Source: Bacteroidota bacterium (lineage in GTDB: Bacteria; Bacteroidota; Bacteroidia; JAADEI01). Taken from it: a stretch of 59,852 nucleotides of DNA. Each line of letters begins with the position of its first letter. Positions within the stretch are counted from its first letter, which is position 1. A program made the position numbers and the translations under genes. The DNA lies in assembly GCA_026992635.1 (NCBI GenBank), contig JALWYU010000047.1:1-59852 (forward strand), in the 5' to 3' direction. Below the pieces are notes generated by a model, which saw only the letters and a list, made by a program, of their open reading frames with translations, ran no database searches and had not been told where the DNA came from. Positions 44,186 through 54,626 of this stretch are shown here, piece by piece.

Positions 44186-45628
44186 TTAGCCTACGCTGCC
44201 TTCCAGGCTGATTGCCAGGAGTCGGCGGGCTTCAATGGCGAATTCCATAGGGAGGTGCTGAAGCACTTCTTTGCAGAATCCGCTGATCAGCAATTCAATG
44301 GCTTTTTCGTCGTCCAAACCTCGTTGTTTGCAGTAGAAGATCAGTTCTTCGGCAAGTCGTGTGGTGGTGGCTTCATGTTCTACGATGGCATCGGGTCGGT
44401 GCACTTCAATGACGGGAAACGTATTTGCCTGGCAGGTATTGCTCATCAGCAGTGAATCGCATTGTGTATAGTTTTGGGCTTTTTCTGCGGAGGGCAGGAT
44501 GCGGACCATACCCCGGTAGTTGTTGACGCTAAAATCGGCGGAGATTCCTTTGGATACGATTCGGCTGTGGGTATGTTTGCCAATGTGGATCATTTTGGTA
44601 CCGGTATCGGCTTGTTGTCTGCCCCGGGTGACTGCCACCGAGTAGAATTCTGATTGGGAGTAGTCGCCTTTGAGGATGGTGCTGGGGTATTTCCAGGTGA
44701 TGGCGGAGCCGGTTTCTACCTGAACCCAGATAATTCGGCTGTGTTTGCCTGCGCACAGTCCGCGTTTGGTGACGAAGTTGTAGATACCGCCTCTGCCGTG
44801 TTCGTCGCCTGGATACCAGTTCTGGACAGTGGAGTATTTGATGGTGGCGCCTTCTAAGGCGATGAGTTCCACGACTGCTGCGTGCAGCTGGTTTTCGTCG
44901 TACATAGGTGCGGTACATCCTTCCAGGTAGCTGACGTAGCTGTTGCGGTCGGCGATAATGAGGGTTCGTTCAAATTGACCGGTTTTGCGGGCGTTGATCC
45001 GGAAATAGGTGGAGAGTTCAATTGGGCAGCGGACGCCCGGTGGGATGTACACGAAAGATCCGTCGGTGAATACGGCGGAGTTCAGTGCGGCGAAGAAGTT
45101 GTCGCCGGGTGGGACGACCGATCCCAGGTATTGGCGGACTAAGTCGGGGTATTCGCGAATTGCTTCAGAGATAGAGCAGAAGATGATGCCCATTTCTTTG
45201 AGTTTCTTCTGGTAGGTGGTGGCGACGGATACGCTGTCCAGGACGGCATCTACAGCGACGCCTGCCAGGATCTTCTGTTCTTCTAAGGGGATGCCCAGCT
45301 TTTCAAAAACACGTCGGATTTCGGGGTCAACTTCGTCTAAGCTTTTGTATCGGGGTTTGTTGCGGGGTGCGGCATAGTAGTGCATGTCCTGGTAGTTGAT
45401 GGGTGGGTAGAAGACGTTTGCCCAGTGGGGTTCTTCCATTCGTTTCCAGGTTTGGAAGGCTTTGAGTCGCCACTGGAGCATCCATTCGGGTTCGTCTTTT
45501 TTTCGGGAGATGAGTCGGATGATGTCTTCGTTGATGCCGGGGGGTGCCAGTTCTTCGTCAATGTTGGCGGTGAATCCCCATTTGTAAGGTTGGTTGAGGA
45601 CGTTGTGGAGGACTTCTTGTTCGCTCAT
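44186..45628 (-). CDS. sufB: Fe-S cluster assembly scaffold SufB
   Basis: 480 aa, highly conserved SufB-like sequence throughout, for example [21 protein letters not shown] and [21 protein letters not shown]. Confidence 0.9.
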   Translation of the reverse strand: MSEQEVLHNVLNQPYKWGFTANIDEELAPPGINEDIIRLISRKKDEPEWMLQWRLKAFQTWKRMEEPHWANVFYPPINYQDMHYYAAPRNKPRYKSLDEVDPEIRRVFEKLGIPLEEQKILAGVAVDAVLDSVSVATTYQKKLKEMGIIFCSISEAIREYPDLVRQYLGSVVPPGDNFFAALNSAVFTDGSFVYIPPGVRCPIELSTYFRINARKTGQFERTLIIADRNSYVSYLEGCTAPMYDENQLHAAVVELIALEGATIKYSTVQNWYPGDEHGRGGIYNFVTKRGLCAGKHSRIIWVQVETGSAITWKYPSTILKGDYSQSEFYSVAVTRGRQQADTGTKMIHIGKHTHSRIVSKGISADFSVNNYRGMVRILPSAEKAQNYTQCDSLLMSNTCQANTFPVIEVHRPDAIVEHEATTTRLAEELIFYCKQRGLDDEKAIELLISGFCKEVLQHLPMEFAIEARRLLAISLEGSVG

Positions 45629-46782
45629 GGTTGGTGTGCTTTTTTAGGAGAAACGGAAAAGGTTTGTTCGGGGTTCCGAACATTTTGGGGAAGCGTGATT
45701 TTGTGCCAGTGTCCTGGCGGTGAGGTCTGTCCGGTTACAATCACCTGGACATCCTGGTCTAAGGACCTGCTCAGCCATTGACCTAAGGTATGGAGGGCTT
45801 GTCGGTCCTGGAAGGCGTCCCAGTCGTCCACTAAGACGACAGGAGGATTCTTCTGGAAGCGCGGAAAGCTTTTGACCCATTGCCATAATGCCAGCATGAC
45901 GCCTAAGCCTGCCCGAATCTTTTCTCCGCGGGAAAGGGCATAGCGTGCCGAATGCGTTTCCCTGCCAAGCACAACGTGGATCTGCCAGTCGTCGCGCTGG
46001 ATACCCGTCAGTGAATAGCCCACTTCTTTTTCGCGGGGAATTTTCTCTTCCCACTGGTCCAGGTTTGCCGGCACGTACTGAAGTGTGAGCGTTTTGTTGC
46101 TTGGACCAAAGAGTGCCTGCCAGATGGCGGTCAGTCGGGATTGGATGGCTTGGGTCAGTTGCTGGCGATATGCTTGAATCTGTTTGCCCTTTGCTTGCAG
46201 GTAGCGGGTGTAATGGATCAGAAGCCGTTCGTGTTGTTGTTGATGAGGTGAGGGTGGTGGCTGTTTGGGTTCAGGATGGAAGGTCTGGCGAAGCAGGGTA
46301 TTGCGTGCTTCCAGGATTTGCATATAGTAGGAGAGCAGTTCGCGATATTCCGGGTAGACTAAGGCGAGGAGTCTGTCTATGGTTCGTCTGCGTTCTTCAG
46401 GCGGTCCGCTTGCCCAGAAAGAGACGGCAGGTGTGATCAGCCACACGGGGAATGTGCCATAGAATCGGCGCAGGCTGGGTACGGTCTTGTGGTTCCACTG
46501 GAGTAGGCTACCCTGTTTGCGGTCGTAGAAGTAGCGGAGGTGTTCCCACTGGGAGGTGTGGCGCCGGCACAGTGCTTCAATTTCCAGGTAGGAGGCACCT
46601 GCTGAAATAAGTTCGGCTAAGGGGTGGGGTAGCCGATCTCCGCACACCAGGACGATGCCCTCTAAAAGTGTGGTTTTCCCGCTGCCGTTTGGTCCGTGGA
46701 GAAAAATTCGTGGGGCATCCAGGGAGAAGTGTGCCTGGCGGAACCCCCGAAAATTCCGAAAACGGATCCATCGGAGACGCAT
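45625..46782 (-). CDS. recF: RecF-like SMC/ABC-type ATPase
   Basis: Starts [14 protein letters not shown]. Has Walker [15 protein letters not shown], the signature-like [16 protein letters not shown] and the Walker B-like [12 protein letters not shown]. At 385 aa it is RecF-sized. Its TGA overlaps the sufB ATG (ATGA at 45628-45625). Confidence 0.65.
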   Translation of the reverse strand: MRLRWIRFRNFRGFRQAHFSLDAPRIFLHGPNGSGKTTLLEGIVLVCGDRLPHPLAELISAGASYLEIEALCRRHTSQWEHLRYFYDRKQGSLLQWNHKTVPSLRRFYGTFPVWLITPAVSFWASGPPEERRRTIDRLLALVYPEYRELLSYYMQILEARNTLLRQTFHPEPKQPPPSPHQQQHERLLIHYTRYLQAKGKQIQAYRQQLTQAIQSRLTAIWQALFGPSNKTLTLQYVPANLDQWEEKIPREKEVGYSLTGIQRDDWQIHVVLGRETHSARYALSRGEKIRAGLGVMLALWQWVKSFPRFQKNPPVVLVDDWDAFQDRQALHTLGQWLSRSLDQDVQVIVTGQTSPPGHWHKITLPQNVRNPEQTFSVSPKKAHQP

Positions 46783-46795
46783 TGGCTTGCTTCAG

Positions 46796-47539
46796 TCAGG
46801 GACGCATACCCCAGCTCAGATAGAAGGTAAACCAGATCCAGTAAGCAGGCAGGTTGATGGGTGTACGTTGTTGGGCGCGTGTGATAGGGTCAGAAACGGT
46901 CAGCCACCATTTACGGTAGTTGAATCCGCCGAGTATGTCCAGTCCCAAACCTGTAGATGTGATGGTTTGCCATCCTATGCCCAGTATGCCATTCAGGACT
47001 TCTAAGGTGACGGGGAAGCGGACATTCAGGTATTCAATGCTGAGTCGGAAGATGTGTCCATTGACGATTGCGGTGAAGTAGATACCCTGGGGTGCTTGCT
47101 GACTCAGGTAGTAGCGGTAGGCGATCATACCGCGTAGTCCTGCTCCCTGAAAAACCTGAATGACGGTGGAGGGTTGATTCATATTGAGGAGGTTTTCCCA
47201 CAGGGTTCGTCCCCAGGGTGTAAGCCAGGAAATGCCAATTCCTAAGGAAATGCTTTCCATTTTACTGGTGACCTGTTCTTGCAGGATGAAGGTTTCGCCA
47301 GCGCCAGGAATTTGTCCTTGGATTGTCGCGAATGGATTGGTTTTGAGGATGAGTGTCCAGCGTGTGGGAATGGTATCTGGGGAGAGAGGGCGGTTTATGG
47401 GGGAGGGCTTCAGGGAGTGGCGGACAGGATTTGCGGAATCGTGCAAGGCTTGTGCATGGATAACCAGGCTTGTCATCAGGATTGAAATCAGACAAATTAC
47501 AGGGGTTGTGGGCTGGCTGCAGTGAGTTGCTCGCGCCAT
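46796..47539 (-). CDS. Hypothetical exported, probably outer-membrane, protein
   Basis: Only the C-terminal ~247 aa of the 385-aa track ORF look protein-like: a signal-like PVICLISILMTSLVIHAQA followed by beta-rich aromatic sequence. The upstream part is antisense to pckA. The start is either ATG 47539 or ATG 47476. Confidence 0.5.
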   Translation of the reverse strand: MARATHCSQPTTPVICLISILMTSLVIHAQALHDSANPVRHSLKPSPINRPLSPDTIPTRWTLILKTNPFATIQGQIPGAGETFILQEQVTSKMESISLGIGISWLTPWGRTLWENLLNMNQPSTVIQVFQGAGLRGMIAYRYYLSQQAPQGIYFTAIVNGHIFRLSIEYLNVRFPVTLEVLNGILGIGWQTITSTGLGLDILGGFNYRKWWLTVSDPITRAQQRTPINLPAYWIWFTFYLSWGMRP

Positions 47540-49143
47540 TTCTGGAGGAATGGTTGGATTTGGCTGGGCGCTTTGTTGAGGTATTTCTTTTCCAGGCGTT
47601 GTATGAACTGGGTGAGGAGGTGGCGTGCGGCGTGTTCCCAGTCTTCGGGGTGTGTCCACTGGGTTCGTGGGTCTAAGATAGCGGTTTGGTCGGCGGGAAG
47701 TGCCGGCAGCTGTGTGGGGATCCGAAAACCAAAATAAGGCAATGTGGTGGTTGGGACTGTATCCAGTTCGCCGTTGATGGCGGCTTGGAGGAGGCGTCTT
47801 GTCAGCGGTAGTGCGATGCGTCCGCACTGAGTGGGGTCTCCCACAATGCCTGTGTTCAATAGCCAGGTTCGGACGCGATACGTCTGGATTTGCTGGAGAA
47901 GGAGTTCGGCGTATTGGGTGTGTGGCAGAGGCATAAAGGGAGCGCCGAAGCATCCTGAGAAGGTGATCTGGGGTTGGGTGATGCCCATTTCTGTGCCGGC
48001 GACCTTAGAGGTGTAACCCAGCAGGAAAAAGATGTAGGCTTCTTCGGGGGTGAGCATAGCGATGGGTGGGAGGGCGCCGTGTGCGTCGTACGTGAGGAAG
48101 AAGATGTTGGAGGGGTGGTCGCCCCGTCCTGTGGCGACGTAGTGGTTGTTGAGGTGTGTGAGGGGGTAGGCGGCGCGGGTGTTTTCTGTTCGCTGGTCGG
48201 AGTCGTAGTTGGGCAGGCGCGTACCCGGGAAGAAGGGTACGTTTTCCACGATTGCGGGGAAGCGAATGGCTTCGTAGATCAGGGGTTCTTTGTTGGGGTC
48301 TAAGTGGATGGTTTTGGCGTAGCATCCGCCTTCAAAGTTGAAGATTCCGTCGGGTGCCCATCCGTGTTCGTCGTCGCCGATGAGCAGGCGGTTCACGTCG
48401 CTGCTCAGTGTGGTTTTGCCGGTGCCAGATAGTCCGAAGAATAGTGCGACGCGTCCGTCTTTACCCATATTGGCGGAGCAGTGCATGGTGAGGATGTTGT
48501 GGTGGATGGGCAGGAGGAAGTTCATGGTTGTGAAGAGGGACTTTTTGATTTCGCCGGAGTAGGCGGTTCCGCCAATGAGGATGGTTTGTTGTGAGAAGTT
48601 GATGATGACGAAATTTTCGTGTGGGACGCCGTCGGTTTTGGGGTTGGCGTGGAAGTTGGGTGCGCACAGGAGTAGCCAGTCGGGTTCAAAGGCGTTGAGT
48701 TCGTCGGGTCGTGGTCGGAGGAACAGGTGGTGGACGAATAGGTTGTGCCAAGCCAGTTCGGTGATGGCACGCAGTCGGAGTCGGTAGCGTGGGTGGGCGC
48801 CCACGAAGACATCGCGGATGTAGAATCGTTTCAGTTGTGCGAAGTATTGTAGCATTTTGTGGAAGAGCCGGTTGAAGACTTCGGGTTCTATTGCCAGGTT
48901 GTTTTCGCCCCAGTCTATGAGGTGTTCGGTGGTGTTGTCGCGTACGAAGAATCGGTCGTGGGGTGCGCGTCCTGTGAATTTGCCGGTGTCTACGTGGAGT
49001 GCGCCCCGTTCGCTCAGCTGCGCTTTTTCGTAGAGGATGGCGTGTTCAACGAGTTGGGCAACGGGCAGGTTGCGGAGCCCTTGTGTTAACAGGGTGTGGA
49101 TAGTTGCGTGGGTACGTGGTTGCTGGTGGTGTTGTGTGGTCAT
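47497..49143 (-). CDS. pckA: Phosphoenolpyruvate carboxykinase (ATP)
   Basis: Has GTAYSGEIKKS, the kinase-1a motif FFGLSGTGKTTLS, and IGDDEHGW. The likely start is ATG 49143 (MTTQHHQQ). Confidence 0.9.
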   Translation of the reverse strand: MTTQHHQQPRTHATIHTLLTQGLRNLPVAQLVEHAILYEKAQLSERGALHVDTGKFTGRAPHDRFFVRDNTTEHLIDWGENNLAIEPEVFNRLFHKMLQYFAQLKRFYIRDVFVGAHPRYRLRLRAITELAWHNLFVHHLFLRPRPDELNAFEPDWLLLCAPNFHANPKTDGVPHENFVIINFSQQTILIGGTAYSGEIKKSLFTTMNFLLPIHHNILTMHCSANMGKDGRVALFFGLSGTGKTTLSSDVNRLLIGDDEHGWAPDGIFNFEGGCYAKTIHLDPNKEPLIYEAIRFPAIVENVPFFPGTRLPNYDSDQRTENTRAAYPLTHLNNHYVATGRGDHPSNIFFLTYDAHGALPPIAMLTPEEAYIFFLLGYTSKVAGTEMGITQPQITFSGCFGAPFMPLPHTQYAELLLQQIQTYRVRTWLLNTGIVGDPTQCGRIALPLTRRLLQAAINGELDTVPTTTLPYFGFRIPTQLPALPADQTAILDPRTQWTHPEDWEHAARHLLTQFIQRLEKKYLNKAPSQIQPFLQKWREQLTAASPQPL

Positions 49144-49231
49144 GAATCTGGCATTTGGGAGGGTTGGGTTTGCTCTCCTTGGGTGGTTTTTCATACACAA
49201 AGTATTGTACACGGGTTTGTTGTCGGATTGG

Positions 49232-50257
49232 TTATTGTGTGCTCTGGAGAGGTACTAAGGCGTTTTGCCAGGGTTCTTTGAAGGGAGGGGTCAGGGGTTT
49301 GAGGTGGTAGCCGTGTTTGCGCAGTTGTGCGACGAGTCCGTAGGAGCGTGTCAGGTGGGCGGTTCCCACAGCGATGAAGAGTCGGCGGTAGCGAGGTAGC
49401 CATTGTGTCAGTGAGTCTATCCAGTTGTCGTTGCGTTGTTGGGTGAGGAGGCTGTCGCGCCAGGTACGGACTAGGGAGTCTTCGGTGGGTGTGAGTCCTG
49501 GCGAGGGTTGTCGGAGCAGTTCGTCAATTTGTGTGAGGTTACCGTTGAGGTAGGCGAGTTGCAGCTGGTTGAAAAGTTCGTAGAGGGAGTCGGTGCTGGC
49601 GGCGAAGGAGTACAGCATTTTTGCCTGGATGGGAAGTGGTATTTTGCTGAAGAGGAGTTGTGCCTGGTGGCGGATGGTTTCCAGTCCGCGAATGGGTTTT
49701 TTGTTCTGGCGTGCGTACTGGTAGATCAGCTGGTCTATGGCGATGCGCCATTGTTCGTGTGGGCATGCTTGCTGGAAGAGTAGTGCGAGCCAGATGGTGG
49801 AGAGTGCGAGGGGTTTCAGTCGGTGGAATATGGCGAGTTCGTTGCCTGTGGTTTGGCGGAAGGCGGTTTCTATGGTTTGCCATTCGCTGGGTGTGTAGAG
49901 GTCCTGGAGGGAGAGGGAGTCGGGCAGGAACAGGTAGCGTTTGAGTGTGAAGAACAGGAGTGGGTTGTTGGTTGCGTTGATGTTCTTGATTTCCAGGACG
50001 ACGAGTCGGGAGCGCTGGATTGCCCGCTGAATAGCTTGAGGTAAACCACTGTCTTTCACACAGATCATATGGATTGTGCCCAGCAGGTAGGAGGTATCTT
50101 TTCCGTCTGGAGTAATGATTTGCCAGAAGATAGTGGGGGTAGAAGCTGAGTCAGGATGGGTTGTAGCGGGTGGGGTGGCAGAAGCCGTGAAGGCAAGGGT
50201 AGCGGTAAGGGTAATGAGGGAAAGACTGGTTTTCAGGGATGTATCCTGGATTGGCAT
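49232..50257 (-). CDS. TraB/GumN-family protein (exported)
   Basis: It has an N-terminal signal, plus LLGTIHM near the N terminus and FIAVGTAHL near the C terminus, as in TraB/GumN proteins. Confidence 0.65.
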   Translation of the reverse strand: MPIQDTSLKTSLSLITLTATLAFTASATPPATTHPDSASTPTIFWQIITPDGKDTSYLLGTIHMICVKDSGLPQAIQRAIQRSRLVVLEIKNINATNNPLLFFTLKRYLFLPDSLSLQDLYTPSEWQTIETAFRQTTGNELAIFHRLKPLALSTIWLALLFQQACPHEQWRIAIDQLIYQYARQNKKPIRGLETIRHQAQLLFSKIPLPIQAKMLYSFAASTDSLYELFNQLQLAYLNGNLTQIDELLRQPSPGLTPTEDSLVRTWRDSLLTQQRNDNWIDSLTQWLPRYRRLFIAVGTAHLTRSYGLVAQLRKHGYHLKPLTPPFKEPWQNALVPLQSTQ

Positions 50258-50260
50258 GGT

Positions 50261-51700
50261 TTAGGGTTTGTGGGAAGGCGTGAGTGGGGTTTGTCCCTGG
50301 CTGGGTGTGAGGAGAATGGGCGTGTATCCCGGGATGTGCACGATGAGGGGTTGCCAGCCTGACAGGTTAAGGGGAAGGTGCAAGGGGGTATGGATGGTGA
50401 GCCAGCCGGAGTAGAGGGTTTGTCCAGTGGCGGTGCTCAGTGTGATGGGTAGGGTTGGGCTGGGCAAACCAGGGTGTGTGAGGAGGAGTGTGAGGTTGTG
50501 GGGAGGTGTCCATTGCCAGTGGATGGTGGGGGATCTGTGAGGGGTGAATGGGCGTAAAGTCTGGATGAAGGTGTCGGAGGTGAGGGTATCCCATCGGAAG
50601 ATGAACAGGCCTTCTTCTATGTCGGAGGCGACGACGATGGAGTCAAAGTAGGGGTAGACGCCCCAGCATCCGTTGAATCCTTCGCCGGATAGGGGGCTGG
50701 TGTCGTACCAGGAGAAGATGGTGAGGGGAGTATCGCGGGCGTCCAGGACGACGACGCCGTCCCGATAGTAGGAGATAAAGAGGAATCCGTTGTGGAAGAA
50801 GGCGTTGTGGGGGATGGTACCCTGGGAGGCGCCGCCCGGTGTTCGGAATCGGTCCAGTTCCTGGATGTTGTTGGGGTTGGAGTAGTCGTAGAGTGTGACG
50901 TAACCGCCGGCGACTTCGTCGGTGGTGACCACCCATTTTTTACCGGAATAGTCAGCCCAGGTGTTGTGTGCGAATGCGCCGGGTGTGTTGATGGATCCCA
51001 GGATAATGGGGTTTTGTCGGTTGGAAATATCGGCGATGACCAGGACGCCTGCATAGATGTGGGCTGCCCAGATTGTATCGTTGCGCACGTATCCGTCGTG
51101 GACGTAAGGGTTGGGCAGTGCGGCGGGTGCGTAGTTTCCTACGATTTTGGGCTGGAGTGGGTTGGGCTGGAGGTGTGCGATGAAGTTGCCGGGTCCGGCG
51201 ATTCCCGAGGCGCCCCACATATAGAGGTAGCCTTTTTCGTCAATCCAGATGTTGTGGATGGTCTGGATGGTGTCCTGTGCGTTCCATGTGTAGACGGTGA
51301 TGGAGTCGTCGGAAGCCAGGAGCGAGAGATCCACGATCTGGATTCCGATGGGAGTGCCGGTATAGACTAAGTCGTGGCTGATGTAGGCGTAGTGTTGCCA
51401 GGTTTTGATGTCGCGCCAGATGCTGACGGGTCCCGGGATGAAGTGTCGGACGGTGGGGTTGTCCGGATTGGTTACTTCAATGATGTAGGTGCCTGTAAGT
51501 GTGCCCAAGAAGACGAAGAGGCGGCCTGTGGGGGTGTCCACCCATCCCCAGATGTCGCTGGATTCTACGGGTGGCTGCCAGTGGCTGGCGAGTTTTAATC
51601 CGGCGTAGGTGGGTTGGAGGACGGATTCGCCAAGGAAGAGGAGTGTGGTCAGTGTGGTTAGAAGGTGTTTGTGGATTGGGTTTGAGGTTGTTGATGGCAT
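50261..51700 (-). CDS. LVIVD-repeat beta-propeller protein (exported)
   Basis: It has a signal peptide and recurrent LVIVD-like units: GTYIIEVTNPDNP, IGIQIVDLS, GVLVIADISNRQNP, GYVTLYDYSNPNN and GVVVLDARDTP. Confidence 0.65.
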   Translation of the reverse strand: MPSTTSNPIHKHLLTTLTTLLFLGESVLQPTYAGLKLASHWQPPVESSDIWGWVDTPTGRLFVFLGTLTGTYIIEVTNPDNPTVRHFIPGPVSIWRDIKTWQHYAYISHDLVYTGTPIGIQIVDLSLLASDDSITVYTWNAQDTIQTIHNIWIDEKGYLYMWGASGIAGPGNFIAHLQPNPLQPKIVGNYAPAALPNPYVHDGYVRNDTIWAAHIYAGVLVIADISNRQNPIILGSINTPGAFAHNTWADYSGKKWVVTTDEVAGGYVTLYDYSNPNNIQELDRFRTPGGASQGTIPHNAFFHNGFLFISYYRDGVVVLDARDTPLTIFSWYDTSPLSGEGFNGCWGVYPYFDSIVVASDIEEGLFIFRWDTLTSDTFIQTLRPFTPHRSPTIHWQWTPPHNLTLLLTHPGLPSPTLPITLSTATGQTLYSGWLTIHTPLHLPLNLSGWQPLIVHIPGYTPILLTPSQGQTPLTPSHKP

Positions 51701-52179
51701 GGTTGTTGGGTTTCCAGCAGGTTTTTGAGGCAGCTGGCGATTTCTGAGGGGTGTCGTTGCCAGTTGGGGTTGGGAAAGACGCGGATGATGATGCCGTCTT
51801 CGCCCACGACGATAGAGAAGTTTTTTCGGAGGAGTGGCAGGGCTGGGTGTACGATTTTTCGGTAGAGTGTGGCGTGTGGGTCAATGAGGATGGGGATGGG
51901 TGAGTGTCTGTCCAGGTGCTGGGCGCGTGTGGTGAACAGGTGTGGGTTCATGAGGGGGTCTGGTACGGCGATGAGGAAGGTTTGGACGTGCGTTGCGTAT
52001 TGCTGGATTGCCTGCCAGAGGCGTGTGGTGTGCTGGAGGAGGTGTCGGCTTGTCCACCAGTGGAAGATCTGGAAGAGCAGCAGCGTGATGTGTGAGTTGT
52101 GGAAGTGGATGGGTGTGGGCTGGTGGTTTTGGGCTCGGGGTAGTGTAATGGGTTGGAGTTGTTCACCGGGCAGGATCAT
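51658..52179 (-). CDS. Thioredoxin-fold (AhpC/TSA/TlpA-like) protein apparently lacking the redox cysteines
   Basis: The layout resembles redoxins (LPGEQLQPITLP..., HITLLLF, IPILIDPHATLYRKI, FSIVVGEDGIIIRVF). However, the position of the usual WCxxC/CxxC reads FHWWTSRH. Confidence 0.45.
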   Translation of the reverse strand: MILPGEQLQPITLPRAQNHQPTPIHFHNSHITLLLFQIFHWWTSRHLLQHTTRLWQAIQQYATHVQTFLIAVPDPLMNPHLFTTRAQHLDRHSPIPILIDPHATLYRKIVHPALPLLRKNFSIVVGEDGIIIRVFPNPNWQRHPSEIASCLKNLLETQQPCHQQPQTQSTNTF

Positions 52180-54499
52180 GGTGTGGTGGATTGGTGGGTG
52201 CAGGTTTCCAGTTTCGGAGGAGTTGTTCGCAGTAGGTGCGTGTAATTTTGCGCAGGGGGATATCGGGTGGGAGGGGTACGCGTTTTTTTCCCTGGGTAAT
52301 GTATCGTTGTCCGTTGCTTTCTATGATTCGGATGATGGGAGGTGTTTTCCATGTTCGGAGCACGCGTTCTTCGGGCTGGTTTTGGTGTTGCTGGAGGAGT
52401 GGGAGGATGTCCTGGAGAGTGAGTGTCCAGGGTTGTGTGTGGTTGCGGAGGGATATCCAGCGGTTGCCCCACTGGATGGCGAATCCGTATCGTGTGAGTC
52501 GGAGGATGACGTCCTGTCCCTGGTATTTGCCGAGGTTTTTAGGGAGGGTAAGGAGTTGTTGTGCCTGTTCCCAGGTCAGGGTGTCCAGCTGGTAGGTGGG
52601 TGGCAGTGAGATGAAGTGGGGTTTGCCTTGGGGTGGTCGGATTTCCAGTGCGGGTCCGTAGGGGGTGAGTCGTGCCAGGACGGTTCGTCCGTCGGGTAGT
52701 GTCCCCAGTTGTCGTTCGTAGCGTTCGTGTTTTTGCTGGAGTACGCGTTCTACTTTGGGATGGAACCAGCTGTAGAATTTTCGGAGGAAGTCCTGCCAGG
52801 CGAGTGTGCCGCGAGCGATTTCGTCCAGGCTTTCTTCCATTTGTGCGGTGAACTCGTAGTCCAGGATTTCGGGGAAGTGTTTGGTGAGGAAGTCGGTGAT
52901 GAGGAATCCGAGGGTAGTGGGTACGAGTCGCTGCCGTTCTGCACCGATGGTTTCGGTTCGTTGTTCTGTGGTGAATTGTCCGTTGTTCCAGGTGATGATC
53001 TGGATGGGTCGTTGTTCTCCGGGGATGTTTCGGATTTGCACGTAGCCTCGTTTGAGGATTGTGGTGATAGTGGGTGCGTAGGTTGAGGGACGTCCAATGC
53101 CGCGTTTTTCCAGTTCTTTGACGAGAGTGGCTTCGGTGTAGCGTGCTGGTGGTCGTTGCCAGCGTTGCGTACCCTGTGCGTAGGTGAGCTGGAGTGGTGT
53201 ACCGGGCTGGAAGTATTTACGGAGGATGTCGGGATTGAGGTTGGTGGTGGGTTCGTTGTGGCTTTCGTGGGTTGTGGTTTCGTCCTGGTAGAGTTTAAGG
53301 AATCCGTCAAAGAGGGGGGTGCGCAGTCCGCCGGTAAAAGTTCCCTGTATTGTGTTGTGTGGCACGGTGATTGTGCACTGGATTTTGAGGAAGCGGGCGG
53401 GTGCCATTTGTGAGGCGAGTGCGCGTCGCCAGATGAGCTGGTACAGCTGGTTGGCGTCGTGGCTGAGAGGTACGGATTCTCGTGAGAAGTCGGTGGGTCG
53501 GATGGCTTCGTGGGCTTCCTGTGCGTTGCGCACGCGTGCGTGGTATTGTCTGGGGTGGGCGTATTCGTTTCCGAATCGTTGTCGGATGAGCTGGGCAGCC
53601 TGTTGGATGGCTTCTTCGGCTAGGGAGACGGAGTCGGTACGCATATAGGTGATGTATCCGGATTCGTAGAGTTCCTGTGCTAAGCGCATGGTTTTGTTGA
53701 CGGGGAAGTGGAGGAGGCGGTGTGCTTCTTGCTGGAGTGTGGATGTGGTGAAGGGTGGTGGGGGATAGCGTTTTTCTTCGGTTTCTTCCAGGGTTTGGAC
53801 GATGCCTCCGTGGTGGGCGAGGATTGTGATGAGGTTGTGGACTTCCTGGCTTGTGGTGAGGTGTTCACTGTAGCGTGTAGGCAGGTGGGGTGTCTGGTTT
53901 TGGGTTAGGGATTGGGGTATCCAGTGTGCACGGAGGGTAAAATAGGTTTTTCGGGGTGTTTGTTCAATTTCGCGTTCGCGGTCTACGACGAGGCGGACGG
54001 CGACGGACTGGACGCGTCCTGCGGAGAGTGCGCGGAATCCGCGGATTTTCCGCCAGAGTACTGGAGAGAGTTCGTATCCGACGAGCCGGTCTAGGATGCG
54101 TCGTGCTTGTTGTGCCCAGACCAAAGCCATGTTGAGGGGTCGTGGGTGTTGTATGGCTTGCGTTACGGCTTTTCTGGTGATTTCGTGGAATACGGCGCGT
54201 TGTGCGTGTTGTGGTGGGATGCCGAGGAGGATGGCGAGGTGCCAGGCGATGGCTTCGCCTTCTCGGTCTTCGTCTGTAGCGAAGAGCACTTGTTGGGCTT
54301 GTCGTACGGCTTGTTTCAGCTGGTTGACGATTTTTTTCTTGCCGGGGATGATGACGTAGTGGGGCTGGAAGTTATTCTGGACGTCTACGCCGAAGTCTTT
54401 TTCGGGGAGGTCGCGTACGTGTCCCTGGCTGGAAAGCACATTGATAGAAGGGTCTTTGAGGAATCGTCGGATGGTTCGGGCTTTGGTGGGTGATTCCAC
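52163..54499 (-). CDS. topA: DNA topoisomerase I
   Basis: Has the Toprim region MESPTKARTIRRFL...ATDEDREGEAIAWH, the active-site region YESGYITYMRTDS, and C-terminal repeats. Confidence 0.9.
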   Translation of the reverse strand: MESPTKARTIRRFLKDPSINVLSSQGHVRDLPEKDFGVDVQNNFQPHYVIIPGKKKIVNQLKQAVRQAQQVLFATDEDREGEAIAWHLAILLGIPPQHAQRAVFHEITRKAVTQAIQHPRPLNMALVWAQQARRILDRLVGYELSPVLWRKIRGFRALSAGRVQSVAVRLVVDREREIEQTPRKTYFTLRAHWIPQSLTQNQTPHLPTRYSEHLTTSQEVHNLITILAHHGGIVQTLEETEEKRYPPPPFTTSTLQQEAHRLLHFPVNKTMRLAQELYESGYITYMRTDSVSLAEEAIQQAAQLIRQRFGNEYAHPRQYHARVRNAQEAHEAIRPTDFSRESVPLSHDANQLYQLIWRRALASQMAPARFLKIQCTITVPHNTIQGTFTGGLRTPLFDGFLKLYQDETTTHESHNEPTTNLNPDILRKYFQPGTPLQLTYAQGTQRWQRPPARYTEATLVKELEKRGIGRPSTYAPTITTILKRGYVQIRNIPGEQRPIQIITWNNGQFTTEQRTETIGAERQRLVPTTLGFLITDFLTKHFPEILDYEFTAQMEESLDEIARGTLAWQDFLRKFYSWFHPKVERVLQQKHERYERQLGTLPDGRTVLARLTPYGPALEIRPPQGKPHFISLPPTYQLDTLTWEQAQQLLTLPKNLGKYQGQDVILRLTRYGFAIQWGNRWISLRNHTQPWTLTLQDILPLLQQHQNQPEERVLRTWKTPPIIRIIESNGQRYITQGKKRVPLPPDIPLRKITRTYCEQLLRNWKPAPTNPPHHDPAR

Positions 54500-54626
54500 G
54501 ATGATGAGGAGTCGGTGTGTGGGTTTGGTGGTTCGTGTTGTCGTCTTTCGGTGATTTAGTGGTGTGGTTTGGCTGGAAAGGTTCAGGCTATGAGTTAACG
54601 CAATTGGCGGATGGGGTAGTTCCCCG

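Noticed and set aside
47540-47953. N-terminal 138 codons of the 385-aa track ORF 46796-47953
   Set aside because: This part overlaps the conserved 3' end of pckA on the same strand in another frame. It is R/P/T/H-rich. A signal-peptide-like start occurs at 47539 or 47476.
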